The notes below the pieces were generated by a model, which was not told where the DNA came from, searched no databases, and saw only the letters and a list, made by a program, of their open reading frames with translations. Position numbers and translations under genes: made by a program. Positions 19,463 through 29,443 of a stretch of 64,000 bases of DNA are shown piece after piece (the first letter of the stretch is position 1; each line of letters opens with the position of its first letter). This stretch comes from an uncultured delta proteobacterium (GTDB lineage: Bacteria > Desulfobacterota > Binatia > Binatales > Binataceae): assembly GCA_963842085.1 (NCBI GenBank), contig CAWJET010000001.1:2688001-2752000 (forward strand), given 5' to 3'.

Positions 19463-20950
19463 CTATTGGCGGCCTCCGAAAATCTTGAGCAACTCTACCA
19501 TCCGTTGAATTCCGTCGGCGAGTTCCTTGACGCCGATTCGCTCGTTGATCCCGTGAACGCCCTTAGCCTCGACGGGAAGCACTTCGATTGGGATGAAGCC
19601 GTAGGAGACGATTTTCTTCTGGCGGAAGTAATGGCTGTCGGTGAACCCGATGATCATCGAGGGCACGACGCTGGCCTGGTCGTGGTCTTTGGCCAGCCTC
19701 GCAATCGCGGTCATCAACGGCGAGCGCGACGGCGACGAGATCGGCGGGAAGTTCAGCATCACGTCGATCTTGATGGTATCGTCGCCGATCACTTTTTTGA
19801 TGTCGCTCATGACCTTCTTGGGATCGCTGCCCGGCAGCAGCCGGCAATCGATTTCGGCGTACGCGGTCTCGGAAATCACGTTGGTCTTGGGGCTGGCGGA
19901 CAGCACCGTGGGCGTGATGGTGTCGCGCACCCGCGCGTTCTGGCCTGGATCGGAGAGAAACGTCTTGAGATAGGCGGGACTCTTCAGCGCGGCGGCGAGA
20001 TCGAGAAACGGCCGGGGGCCATTATCGAGCTCGGCCATCGCGTGAAAGTAATCCTGTACCGGGCCGACGACGTGGATCGGCGTTTTGTAGTCGATCAATT
20101 TATCCAGCGCCCGAACCAGGCGCGTGACCGCGGTTTCCGGCGGCGGATCGGAGGCGTGCCCGGCCGGGCCGCTGGCCGTAAGCTTGAGCCACAGCGGCGT
20201 TTTTTCGGTGACTGACACCACGTAGGCTTTGCGGTTGCCGGTCAGCCCGCGAATTCCGCCGCCTTCGTTGAGCAGGTAGCCGGCGTCGGAGAAGACGTTG
20301 GCCTCGTGATCGACGAACCATCCCGCGCCATTCTTACCCCCCTCTTCTTCGTCGCCGGTAGCGACAAACAGCACGTCGCGATCGAGCAGGATGCCCGCGC
20401 GCTTGATCGCGAGCATCGCCATCAACTCGATCACGCCGGGGCCCTTGTCGTCGATCGAGCCGCGTCCCCAGATTTTTCCATCCTTGACGGCGCCCGAGAA
20501 CGGCGGCACCTCCCATTCCTTGGGATTGGCCGGCACCACGTCCATGTGGCTCAGCAGGATGATCGACTCGGTATGCTTGCCGATGCCGCGCAAACGCGCG
20601 GCGACAATTCCGCGTCCGTGCTGCGGCTCCCAGGTTGTAGCGGGAATTCCGTCGGTCAGAAATTTCTCCTTGAGCATCCGCGCCGCGCCCAGCTCGTTGC
20701 CGGGCGGATTGGTCGTGTCGATCTGGATATACTTCGACAGCAGGTCGGTCGCTTCCTGCGTGACTTTGTCCCAGTTGATCGGCTGAGGGGGCGGCGCCTT
20801 GGACACGCTCTTGGACTCAGCGGGCAGAACGTTCGAAGTGGCCGCCGGAGAGGCGGCGAAGGCAGACCCGTAAGTCGCGAGACAGGCCAGCATACAGGCG
20901 GCGGCAATCGCGATCGCGCGGCATCGCGCGAAATTTACGATTTCGGTCAC
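19463..20950 (-). CDS. Secreted M20/M25/M40 metallopeptidase/amidohydrolase
   Basis: Signal peptide; SHMDVVP, WGRGSIDDKG, DEEEGG, GFTDS, HGINER. Confidence 0.9.
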   Translation of the reverse strand: MTEIVNFARCRAIAIAAACMLACLATYGSAFAASPAATSNVLPAESKSVSKAPPPQPINWDKVTQEATDLLSKYIQIDTTNPPGNELGAARMLKEKFLTDGIPATTWEPQHGRGIVAARLRGIGKHTESIILLSHMDVVPANPKEWEVPPFSGAVKDGKIWGRGSIDDKGPGVIELMAMLAIKRAGILLDRDVLFVATGDEEEGGKNGAGWFVDHEANVFSDAGYLLNEGGGIRGLTGNRKAYVVSVTEKTPLWLKLTASGPAGHASDPPPETAVTRLVRALDKLIDYKTPIHVVGPVQDYFHAMAELDNGPRPFLDLAAALKSPAYLKTFLSDPGQNARVRDTITPTVLSASPKTNVISETAYAEIDCRLLPGSDPKKVMSDIKKVIGDDTIKIDVMLNFPPISSPSRSPLMTAIARLAKDHDQASVVPSMIIGFTDSHYFRQKKIVSYGFIPIEVLPVEAKGVHGINERIGVKELADGIQRMVELLKIFGGRQ

Positions 20951-21044
20951 GCCATGAAAGAACTACGGCGCGAGCGCGCCGTCAACCGCTCGACGGTCGA
21001 AAGTGCGGCTGAAGCGAACGCCTCAATCACAAGGCGCGCGTTAA

Positions 21045-21069
21045 TTGACCGCATACCGGGATTCGGTAT
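21045..21069 (+). promoter_or_regulatory. higBA promoter with palindromic operator
   Basis: TTGACC (-35) followed by ATACCG-GGATT-CGGTAT running into a TATATA -10-like box. Confidence 0.55.
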
Positions 21070-21084
21070 ATACGATTAAACGTT

Positions 21085-21362
21085 GTGATTCGTTCCTTCG
21101 GCGATGAGCAAACCAGGGTATTATTCGCCGATCGCTTCGTGCGCCAGTTCCAGGGCGTGGCCCGTCGTGCGAAGCGCAAGCTGGAGGCCCTGAATGCGGC
21201 GGGTCGGCTTGAAGATCTAAGGGTGCCTCCTTCGAATCGGCTGGAAAAGCTGAAAGGCGAACTGAAAGACTTCTACTCGATTCGAGTGAACGATCAGTGG
21301 CGCGTGATTTTCAAGTGGAGCGATGGTGACGCCGAGGAGGTAGAGTCGTTGACTACCACTAG
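21085..21362 (+). pseudogene. higB: HigB (RelE/ParE, plasmid maintenance killer) toxin, frameshifted near its 3' end and reading into higA
   Basis: DLRVPPSNRLEKLKG..YSIRVNDQWRVIF; the conserved VDYH-stop lies out of frame at 21348-21362. Confidence 0.75.
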
Positions 21363-21372
21363 GAGAGTTTCG

Positions 21373-21675
21373 ATGAAGAATGAATTTGCGCCCGTCACTC
21401 CCGGCGAGATGTTGAAGGAGGAATTCCTGGCCGAATATGGGCTGTCGCAAAATCAGCTTGCGAAGGCAATTGGCATTTCTCCGAATCGGATCGCCGAGAT
21501 CGTGAACAACCGTCGCCGGATAACCGCTGACACGGCGCTGCGATTGGGATTGTATTTCGGTAACAGTCCGGAGTTCTGGCTGAATCTTCAGACCCACTAC
21601 GATCTCAAGATGGCGCGCAAGAATCTCAGGCCCGAGGCCGTGAAGCGGAGCGCGCAGCCTGAACGACCTAGCTGA
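21373..21675 (+). CDS. higA: HigA antitoxin (HTH-XRE)
   Basis: Own SD AGGAGAG; PGEMLKEEFL, RRITADTALRL, SPEFWLNLQ..YDL. Confidence 0.85.
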   Translation: MKNEFAPVTPGEMLKEEFLAEYGLSQNQLAKAIGISPNRIAEIVNNRRRITADTALRLGLYFGNSPEFWLNLQTHYDLKMARKNLRPEAVKRSAQPERPS

Positions 21676-21697
21676 GATTGATTCGACAGATCGACAG

Positions 21698-22411
21698 ATG
21701 GCATCGGCTAAGAAAACCGAAACGTCGCGGAGTCCGACGACGCGGCGGGCGCCGCTTGATGCGCGCATGGTGAGTCGCGTGCTGCGCGTGCTCAGGCGCG
21801 AGGCGCCGAAGTGGAACGCGCCGATCGTGAGCTTCATCGCGGTGCAGCATCGCGATCCGTTCCGCACGCTCATCTCGTGCATCCTGAGTCTGCGCACCAA
21901 GGACGCGACGACGGCGGCGGCGTCGACTCGATTGTTCGCAAGAGCGCATACGCCCGAAGCGATACTTTCGCTGGCGCCCAAGACGCTCGAGCGGCTTATC
22001 TTTCCGGTGGGCTTCTATCGCACCAAGGCGCGCGTCATCCGCGGAATATGCCGCGACCTGATCGAAAAATTCGGCGGCCGCGTGCCCGACGAAATCGACG
22101 CGCTGCTGACGCTCAAAGGCGTCGGGCGCAAGACCGCCAACCTGGTCGTGACCGAGGCGTACGCCAAGCCGGGCATCTGCGTCGATACTCACGTGCATCG
22201 AATTTCGAATCGGTGGGGCCTGGTGCGCACCAAGACTCCCGACAAGACCGAGATTGCGCTGCGCGCGGTGCTGCCGTTGCGGCATTGGATTGAGTACAAC
22301 GGGATCCTGGTGGCGTTCGGCCAGACGATTTGTCATCCGACGTCGCCGTGGTGCTCGCGATGCAAAATCGCGTCGCTGTGCCCGCGGATCGGAGTCGTAC
22401 ATTCGCGCTGA
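21698..22411 (+). CDS. nth: Endonuclease III
   Basis: HhH GVGRKTAN, VDTHVHRI, FeS motif C..PWCSRC....CP. Confidence 0.92.
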   Translation: MASAKKTETSRSPTTRRAPLDARMVSRVLRVLRREAPKWNAPIVSFIAVQHRDPFRTLISCILSLRTKDATTAAASTRLFARAHTPEAILSLAPKTLERLIFPVGFYRTKARVIRGICRDLIEKFGGRVPDEIDALLTLKGVGRKTANLVVTEAYAKPGICVDTHVHRISNRWGLVRTKTPDKTEIALRAVLPLRHWIEYNGILVAFGQTICHPTSPWCSRCKIASLCPRIGVVHSR

Positions 22412-22474
22412 CCCCGAAGTCGCCGCGTAGTCGAATTCATTGCGACAGGCGGGCCGAGTGATAGCCTGAATTTT

Positions 22475-23371
22475 ATGACACATAAGATCGGATTTGTCGG
22501 ACTGGGCGCGATGGGTCTGCCGATGGCGGCGAACCTGCTGGCCGCGGGATACCATCTGACGGTTTACAACCGCACCGCGTCGAAGGCGGAGCCTCTCGTT
22601 GCCAAGGGGGCGCATCGCGCAGCCCGAGCGGGCGACGTCGCGCATTCGGGGGGTGTCGTGGTTTCGATGCTTGCGGATGATGCGTCGGTCAAGGCGCTGG
22701 TGACAGGCGAGGATGCGCTCGCCGAGCATCTGGCGCCTGACGGGATTCATATCTCGATGAGCACGGTGTCACCGGCGACTACGCGGGAACTCGCCGCATA
22801 TCATGCGTCGCGCGGGAGCGTGATGTTGGCGGCGCCGGTGTTCGGGCGGCCGAACGCTGCACAGGCGAAGCAGTTGCGGATCTGCGTTTCGGGGCCGGCT
22901 GACGCGAAGGCCAAGGTGAAACCGCTCCTCGATGCGATGGGGCAGGAGGTCTTCGACTTTGGCGACAATCCCGGCGCGGCGAACGTGGTAAAGCTCGCGG
23001 GCAACTTCATGATCGCGGCCGCGCTCGAGTCGATGGGCGAGGCGGTCGCTATGATGCGCAAGAGCGGCGTCGATCCGGCGGCGGCGCTCGAGATGCTGGC
23101 GAAAACGATCTTTGCGGCGCCGGTGTACCAGGGCTACGGCCCAATCATCGCTCATGGGCGGTTCACGCCGGCGGGGTTTCGGCTGCCGCTCGGACTCAAG
23201 GATATCGACCTCGTGCTGCAGACCGCATTTGCGGCGAACGTGCCGATGCCGACGGCAAGCCTGCTGCGGGATCGATTCGTCTCGGCGATTGCCAAGGGGC
23301 GCGCCGATCTGGACTGGTCCGCGATCGCTTTGGGAGCGGCCGACGACGCCGGACTCAAGGAACCGCGTTAG
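22475..23371 (+). CDS. NAD(P)-dependent oxidoreductase, beta-hydroxyacid dehydrogenase family
   Basis: GFVGLGAMG, VYNRT, APVFG, KLAGN, LGLKD. Confidence 0.9.
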   Translation: MTHKIGFVGLGAMGLPMAANLLAAGYHLTVYNRTASKAEPLVAKGAHRAARAGDVAHSGGVVVSMLADDASVKALVTGEDALAEHLAPDGIHISMSTVSPATTRELAAYHASRGSVMLAAPVFGRPNAAQAKQLRICVSGPADAKAKVKPLLDAMGQEVFDFGDNPGAANVVKLAGNFMIAAALESMGEAVAMMRKSGVDPAAALEMLAKTIFAAPVYQGYGPIIAHGRFTPAGFRLPLGLKDIDLVLQTAFAANVPMPTASLLRDRFVSAIAKGRADLDWSAIALGAADDAGLKEPR

Positions 23372-23392
23372 AGGACTTCATCCGAGACGCCG

Positions 23393-24175
23393 GTGGCGAA
23401 GTACGTCCGTCATATTTTTGCGCTCGCGCTGTGCCTCGTCGCGATGCTCGCGGTTGCGCGTCCGTCGCACGCGATCGACTTCTATGAAATTCAGATTTAC
23501 GACACGGATACTGCGCCGGTCGGTCACCTGACGCTTGAATTGCATTCAAACACGACCTCGACGGCGACCGGGCAGTTGGCGAAAAGCCAGACGGATGTTT
23601 ACCAGGTGCACGAGACGGTCGAGGGCACCTACGGAGTCGTCCGCTGGCTGGAGGTCGGCCAGTATTTCTGCACCGCGAAGCTATCCAACGGCGGCTACGA
23701 ATACTCGGGGTCGCGCACGAAAGTTCATTTCGGAATCCCGCAGACGTTCGAGTGGCCGGTGCAATTCGGCGGCAATATCGAGCTCGACTACATGCGGCAC
23801 GCGGCCGAGGAAAATCCGACGACGCTCGAGCTGCGGCCGATCGCCGGCGCGAGCTACAAGGGATTTCGGCTGGTCGGGAACTTCGCCTTCGAGGATCCGT
23901 TCAGCGGTCCGGGGGCGCATCGCGGAATGCAATTCGATCCGTCGGGCATGCTGGTTTACAAGCTCAACGACTGGCTTTCGCCGGCGCTCGAATACTACGG
24001 CGACATGGGCTCGATTCAGCCGCTGGCAAAGGTGCAGGAGCAGCAGCACTTCATCGTGCCGGCCCTGAATTTTGATTTCATTCCGCAACTCGAGCTGAAC
24101 CTGGGCGTGGGCATCGGAGTGACTCGCGCGAGTAACGGGCTATTTCTTAAATCGATCGTAGGCTGGACGTTTTAG
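23393..24175 (+). CDS. Exported hypothetical protein, probable outer-membrane beta-barrel
   Basis: Signal peptide, amphipathic beta pattern, C-terminal VGWTF. Confidence 0.6.
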   Translation: MAKYVRHIFALALCLVAMLAVARPSHAIDFYEIQIYDTDTAPVGHLTLELHSNTTSTATGQLAKSQTDVYQVHETVEGTYGVVRWLEVGQYFCTAKLSNGGYEYSGSRTKVHFGIPQTFEWPVQFGGNIELDYMRHAAEENPTTLELRPIAGASYKGFRLVGNFAFEDPFSGPGAHRGMQFDPSGMLVYKLNDWLSPALEYYGDMGSIQPLAKVQEQQHFIVPALNFDFIPQLELNLGVGIGVTRASNGLFLKSIVGWTF

Positions 24176-24224
24176 ATTCATCGTTGCGTGACCGGCGGAG
24201 CTAAACTATCCTCGATCCACGCGC

Positions 24225-25595
24225 TTGGCGCCTTCGATGTCGTTCTCCTCACAAGACAGGCGAGCTGACGAGAAACTCGGGTTAATCCTGGGTAAAGTCG
24301 GTTCCGTACGCACGCGACTGAACTCGCTGGCAATCCAGCATGCGATTTTCTACACCCTCGCGATCGCGATCGCAGGCGGCGCCGTCATATTTGCCGGCGC
24401 GTCCTTGCTGTCGCCGCTCCCGTTCCTGATTGGCAGCTCGGTGCTGGTGGTTATCGCAGCCGTCGGCATTGTGGGCGCGATCGGCGCAGGCTGGAAAATG
24501 CGCGCCAGCGCGGTGCGCGCCGCGGCGGTGGCCGACGATCGCGCCGAGCTGAAGGGCCGTCTCTCGACAATCGTCGCGCTCGAGCGCAGCGAGGGCCGTG
24601 GCCCGCTGTGGCCATACCTGGTTGAGGATACGCTTGCCTGCCAGGACCAATTCGAGGCTGCGCGGATCGAACGGCGCCGAGTCTCGCGCGCGATCTATCC
24701 TCTGGCTGGAGCAATCGTGCTGGCGGCGCTCGCGCTTCCGATTTCGAGGATCAAGCGCGCGCCACAAATCATCCCGGGCGACGGGCAGAACGACGTGACG
24801 GTCGATCTGGACGACCTGCATTTGCGGCCGGCCGAACCGGGCGATGGATCGGGAATGCAGGTCACGGCCAACGCCGCGACCATGCGCCGGCTCGAGGACA
24901 AATTGGCGCGCGAGGGCGCCGCGAATGGCGACGCCGGCGGCAATTCGCTGAACCAACTGGTGAATCGTGCGCGCGACATGGCCGCGAACTTACAGAGCAA
25001 GCTGACCGGACAGCGGGCGCCCTCCAAGCAGCGCCTGACCTTGCGGCTGGCCGACGCCGGCAACGATCAGGATCGGAACGAAATTCATCGTGCGCCCGAT
25101 TCGCAGACGAATCGGCACAGCGACGTTGCGGGACAGTTCAAACAGGAACAGCCAAGTTCCAACCACGAAATCGATCTGCCCAAGCAGGACGATTCGCGTC
25201 AGCCGAATTCGGAGCCGTCGCCCGGCGGCAACGGTGAGGCGAGCGTAGAGTCCGACGCCGGCAACAACAATCCCAATCAGGACGAGAGTGCGACCGATCG
25301 CAGCGTCCAGCAAAGCGGCGAGAACAGCAGCAACGGCGGCTCGGCGCATGGAATCGGGGCCGATCCCGACAGCCTGTTCGGCGCGCCCGCAGCGGCGAAA
25401 CTCGGCAGCGAGGGTTTCGAGATCGCAATCGAAGCGCGACCGGTCGATCGCGGCGCGAAGGGCGCCGGCCGCGCCTACGTTCCTCCCAAAGTGCGCACGC
25501 CGCTCAGCCTGAACCAGGAGCCGGACGAGCCGGTGGCGCGCGCCGCGGTGCCGGCCGACGATCGAACCACTATCAAGCGGGTATTCGAAAGATGA
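24225..25595 (+). CDS. Membrane protein with a long acidic low-complexity region, first gene of the MoxR operon
   Basis: Three TM segments, DDRAELKGRLST, Q/D/N/S-rich tail; ATGA overlap with moxR. Confidence 0.7.
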   Translation: MAPSMSFSSQDRRADEKLGLILGKVGSVRTRLNSLAIQHAIFYTLAIAIAGGAVIFAGASLLSPLPFLIGSSVLVVIAAVGIVGAIGAGWKMRASAVRAAAVADDRAELKGRLSTIVALERSEGRGPLWPYLVEDTLACQDQFEAARIERRRVSRAIYPLAGAIVLAALALPISRIKRAPQIIPGDGQNDVTVDLDDLHLRPAEPGDGSGMQVTANAATMRRLEDKLAREGAANGDAGGNSLNQLVNRARDMAANLQSKLTGQRAPSKQRLTLRLADAGNDQDRNEIHRAPDSQTNRHSDVAGQFKQEQPSSNHEIDLPKQDDSRQPNSEPSPGGNGEASVESDAGNNNPNQDESATDRSVQQSGENSSNGGSAHGIGADPDSLFGAPAAAKLGSEGFEIAIEARPVDRGAKGAGRAYVPPKVRTPLSLNQEPDEPVARAAVPADDRTTIKRVFER

Positions 25596-26632
25596 GCGAG
25601 GTGCAGGCGGAAACGCCAACGGTGGCGGATTTCGCCCGGACGTTTCGGCGCATCCAGGCCGAGATCCACAAGACGATCATCGGGCACGAGCAGGCCGTCG
25701 AGGAGTTGTTGTCGGCGCTGTTTGCGGGCGGCCACGTGCTGATCGAAGGCGTGCCCGGCACCGGCAAGACGACCCTGGTCAAGACACTGGGGCTGGCGCT
25801 CAACCTGAGCTTCAACCGAATTCAGTTCACCGTCGATCTGATGCCGGCCGATATAACCGGCACGCGCGTGATTTTGTCGGGCGAGGACGGGCGGCGCGAA
25901 TTCACCTTTCAGCCGGGGCCCGCGTTCTGCCACATCCTGCTGGGTGACGAAATAAATCGCGCGACGCCCAAGACGCAGTCCGCCCTGCTCGAGGCGATGG
26001 CGGAGTTGCAGGTGACCGTATCGGGCACGACTTACCGCCTCAAACCGCCGTACTTCGTGATGGCGACGCTCAATCCGATCGAGATGGAGGGCACTTATCC
26101 GCTGCCGGAAGCGCAGCTCGATCGCTTCCTGTTCAAAGTCCGCTTGAACTATCCGGACGAAGGCGAACTGACTCGAATCATCTCGTCGACCACCGGGCCC
26201 GAAGAAGCGGGAATCCAGCCGATTTTCCACGCCGACGAAGCGGCCGAGCGAGTCGAGGCGCTGAAACGGCTGGTGCGCGAGGTGATCGCGGCGCCGGCGA
26301 TGGAGATATACGCGGCGCGGCTGGTGCGAGCGACGCAGCCGCAGAACTCGCGCTTCGTGACCGACGAAGCCCGGGCCGTGCACGACGAGATGGTCAATCG
26401 CTACGTGATGTTCGGCTCGAGCCCGCGCGGTGCGCAGGCGCTTATCCTGGGCGCCAAGGTGCGGGCGCTGCTCGACGGGCGCGCCAATATCGCGCATGAA
26501 GACATCGAGCAGGTGGCGGTTGCCGCGCTGACCCATCGCATCATGCTCAACTACGCCGCGCTGTCCGACGGAATCGACGCCGCGCATATTGTCGAGCGCG
26601 TCGTCAAGTCGGTTCGCGCTGCGAAGTTGTAG
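25592..26632 (+). CDS. moxR: MoxR-family AAA+ ATPase
   Basis: EGVPGTGKT, RIQFT.DLMPADITG, DEINRATPKTQSALLEAM, YPLPEAQLDRF. Confidence 0.95.
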   Translation: MSEVQAETPTVADFARTFRRIQAEIHKTIIGHEQAVEELLSALFAGGHVLIEGVPGTGKTTLVKTLGLALNLSFNRIQFTVDLMPADITGTRVILSGEDGRREFTFQPGPAFCHILLGDEINRATPKTQSALLEAMAELQVTVSGTTYRLKPPYFVMATLNPIEMEGTYPLPEAQLDRFLFKVRLNYPDEGELTRIISSTTGPEEAGIQPIFHADEAAERVEALKRLVREVIAAPAMEIYAARLVRATQPQNSRFVTDEARAVHDEMVNRYVMFGSSPRGAQALILGAKVRALLDGRANIAHEDIEQVAVAALTHRIMLNYAALSDGIDAAHIVERVVKSVRAAKL

Positions 26633-26642
26633 GCGGTCGACA

Positions 26643-27548
26643 ATGCTCGAGGTGCGCGCATTCGAGCCGGAGTTTTTGCGCAAGCTCGACCGCCTGGTGC
26701 TGGGCATCAAGCGTGCCCGCACGGTGCGCGCGGGCCAGCGTGCGCTGGGCAGAGTCCAGGGACTCGGAATCGAACCGGAAAATTTCAAGGAGTACGCGCT
26801 CGGCGACGATTTGCGGTTTCTCGATTGGAACGCGTTCGCGCGGCTTGACGAATTGATGCTGCGGACCTACCGCGCCGATCGCCAGATCGAGGTCACCTCG
26901 CTGGTCGATGCGAGCGCGTCGATGGGTTTGCCCGAGCGCGACGACAAGCTGGGGCTCGCGCTGGCCATTGGCGCGTCGCTCGCCTACATCGGGATGGCCG
27001 ACAACGACGCGGTTCGCATCGGCACGTTCTCGATGCACCGCGGCGCGATGAAGTTCGAAGCGACGCCGTTCCATCGCCGCCGCGAGTCGTACCTCAACTT
27101 CAAGCCGTTCGTCACGTCGGTGAAAGCGGGCGGCGAGACCCGCCTCGGCGCGGCGGTCGATCAGTTGCTCCTGCAGCGCCGGCCGGCAGGAACGGTGGTG
27201 GTCATTTCAGATTTCCTGGCGAGCGAAAGCGACATCGAAGACGCGCTCAAGCGGATGGTGGCGGCCCGCTGCGACGTAAAGGTTATCCACGTGATGGGTG
27301 AGCAGGAGAGCACTGCTGCGTATCCGCCGGGAATGTTCCGCGTGCGCGACGCGGAGACCGGCGAAGTCCGCGAGACCGTGCTGGGGCCGGCTGCGGTCGC
27401 CGCGCTGCGGCGCAAGGTCGAGAAGATCGCCGCACGCATACGCGAGATTTGCACCGCGCACGCGATTACCTATGCGCAGGCGTTCGGCGCGGGCAATCTG
27501 GACAGTTTTATGGAACGCGAACTCCCGCTGCTGGGAATCGTGAGATAG
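26643..27548 (+). CDS. DUF58 family (vWA-related) protein
   Basis: EY..GDDLRFLDWN, VDASASM, VVISDFL. Confidence 0.88.
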   Translation: MLEVRAFEPEFLRKLDRLVLGIKRARTVRAGQRALGRVQGLGIEPENFKEYALGDDLRFLDWNAFARLDELMLRTYRADRQIEVTSLVDASASMGLPERDDKLGLALAIGASLAYIGMADNDAVRIGTFSMHRGAMKFEATPFHRRRESYLNFKPFVTSVKAGGETRLGAAVDQLLLQRRPAGTVVVISDFLASESDIEDALKRMVAARCDVKVIHVMGEQESTAAYPPGMFRVRDAETGEVRETVLGPAAVAALRRKVEKIAARIREICTAHAITYAQAFGAGNLDSFMERELPLLGIVR

Positions 27549-27550
27549 CC

Positions 27551-29443
27551 GTGGGCCTGCTCAACCCGCGCAACCTCGCTTATGGACTCAGCCTCGCGCT
27601 GTTGGTGCTGATTTACCTGCGCTCGCGCTCGCGTCCGACGATCGAAGTGTCGAGCCTGATGCTGTTTGACGAAGCGCCCGCGCCGGTCGCGAGCGTCCGT
27701 CACGTGCGGCTCGATCCGCTGTTCTGGCTCGAGATGGCGACGCTGTCCGCGCTGACGCTTGCGATTGCGGGACTGTACGTGATGAGCGCGCCCGCACCGG
27801 GTCACGGCCGCAGCCATGCGCTGGTGTTCGATCTCGGCGCCGGGATGAGCGCGCGCGACAGCGCCGGCACAAGACTGGAGCAGGCCCGGCGCGATGCAAT
27901 GGATATAATCGATCAAGCGCCGGTTGGAGACGAGTTCAGCGTTATCGCGTACGCGCTGGAGGCGCAGGTGCGTCATCCGCAGACGGCGAACCGGGCCGAT
28001 TTGCGCAAAGCGCTTGGCGAGCTGATTCCGATGGCGGTGCCTGCACGCACGGCGGCTCTGAGAGCCGCGCTGATTCGCGCGCGCGGCACGTCGGAAATCG
28101 ATCTGTTCGCCGATCGGCCGCCCGCGCCGACGCTCCTTGCCGACGCCGGCTCGATCGCACGCATAAATTTCCACCAGGTCGGCTCCGGCGACTCGAACCT
28201 GGCGATCGTATCGCTCGATCCCGGCGTGCCGGGCTCGACGCGTGGCCGCGCTGTGATTCGCAATTTCTCTGCCCGGCCTCATCCTGCCGAACTGGCCATC
28301 GACCTCGGCAACAGCGAAGTGTTTCATCAGACCCTGATGCTCGCGCCGCGTGAACAGGTGGTGGTGGGGTTTGGACCGCTCCCGACCGGGGGTCTGCTGC
28401 ACGCGCGAATCCTGACTCCTGATGCGATCGAAGCTGACAACAGCCGATACGCCTACGCGCCGTCCGAGCAGGCGGCTCGGGCGCTGGTGCTCTCCCCCGA
28501 CCCCGCGGTGCGCGACGACATCGCGCGCGTGCTGCTTGCGGTAAACGGGAATTTCCAGATCGAGGCCGCCGATCCCGCCACGTATCTGGCGCAGGCAAAT
28601 TCATCCGGCGCGAACGCGAAGCCGTTTGACCTGGTTGTAATGCACGATTGCTATGCGCCAGTGGCAGGGGCCGGGTCGATGCTGCTCATCTATCCGCCGC
28701 AAAACGTGAAGAATTCTCCGTACGCTGGCGTCGGAATCTCCGTCAATGGAACGATGGCGAGCGCGGATATTCGCGGTGACCAGATGGATGAATCGGCGGG
28801 AATCGAATCGCTGGCGCTGGGCCCGACGCGAATTGTCGCGCTCCCCGAATGGATGGATCTGCTTGCGACCGCTACCGGCCCCGGTCAGTCGTCGATTCCT
28901 CTGGCCGCGGTCGGACGCGCCGCGGGCGGTCCCGTCGGCGTACTGGCATTCGACGTGCGCGATCATCTTCTGCTTGCGCCCGATCATCTCGACGCGCTGG
29001 TGCTGACGGTCAATCTGATCAAACAACTGACCGCGCCGCGCGACATCTTGATCGTGCCAACCGGCGCCGATGTGAGCGTACCCGCAACTGGAACCGCGCG
29101 AATCACCCAGCCTGACGCAAGCGTACGCACCATCACAGCCGACAAATGGGGCCGTGTGCGAATCCGTCCGCTGCAGGCCGGTCGCTACGCCGTCGAGTCG
29201 GGCGGCGCGACGACGCAGGTGCTCGCCAACTATTACGACGCCGCCGAGTCCGACCTCGGTGCGAAACCGCAGGCCGAAGCGAACGCGCCTGCGGCAAAGA
29301 CCGCGGCCGCATCGAGCGCGCCGTCGGCCAAGGAAGTGCAGCCGCTGGTTTTCATTTTGATCGCGCTGGTGCTGCTCGCCTTGACCGTTGAATCCGCGAT
29401 GCTGATTAGCCACGCCGGCCGCTGGGGGATGCGCCATGTTTGA
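27551..29443 (+). CDS. BatA-like N-terminus / vWA domain membrane protein
   Basis: GTG at 27551; LLVLIYL..R.P...VSSLMLF; degenerate MIDAS DLGAGMS; C-terminal TM. Confidence 0.75.
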   Translation: MGLLNPRNLAYGLSLALLVLIYLRSRSRPTIEVSSLMLFDEAPAPVASVRHVRLDPLFWLEMATLSALTLAIAGLYVMSAPAPGHGRSHALVFDLGAGMSARDSAGTRLEQARRDAMDIIDQAPVGDEFSVIAYALEAQVRHPQTANRADLRKALGELIPMAVPARTAALRAALIRARGTSEIDLFADRPPAPTLLADAGSIARINFHQVGSGDSNLAIVSLDPGVPGSTRGRAVIRNFSARPHPAELAIDLGNSEVFHQTLMLAPREQVVVGFGPLPTGGLLHARILTPDAIEADNSRYAYAPSEQAARALVLSPDPAVRDDIARVLLAVNGNFQIEAADPATYLAQANSSGANAKPFDLVVMHDCYAPVAGAGSMLLIYPPQNVKNSPYAGVGISVNGTMASADIRGDQMDESAGIESLALGPTRIVALPEWMDLLATATGPGQSSIPLAAVGRAAGGPVGVLAFDVRDHLLLAPDHLDALVLTVNLIKQLTAPRDILIVPTGADVSVPATGTARITQPDASVRTITADKWGRVRIRPLQAGRYAVESGGATTQVLANYYDAAESDLGAKPQAEANAPAAKTAAASSAPSAKEVQPLVFILIALVLLALTVESAMLISHAGRWGMRHV

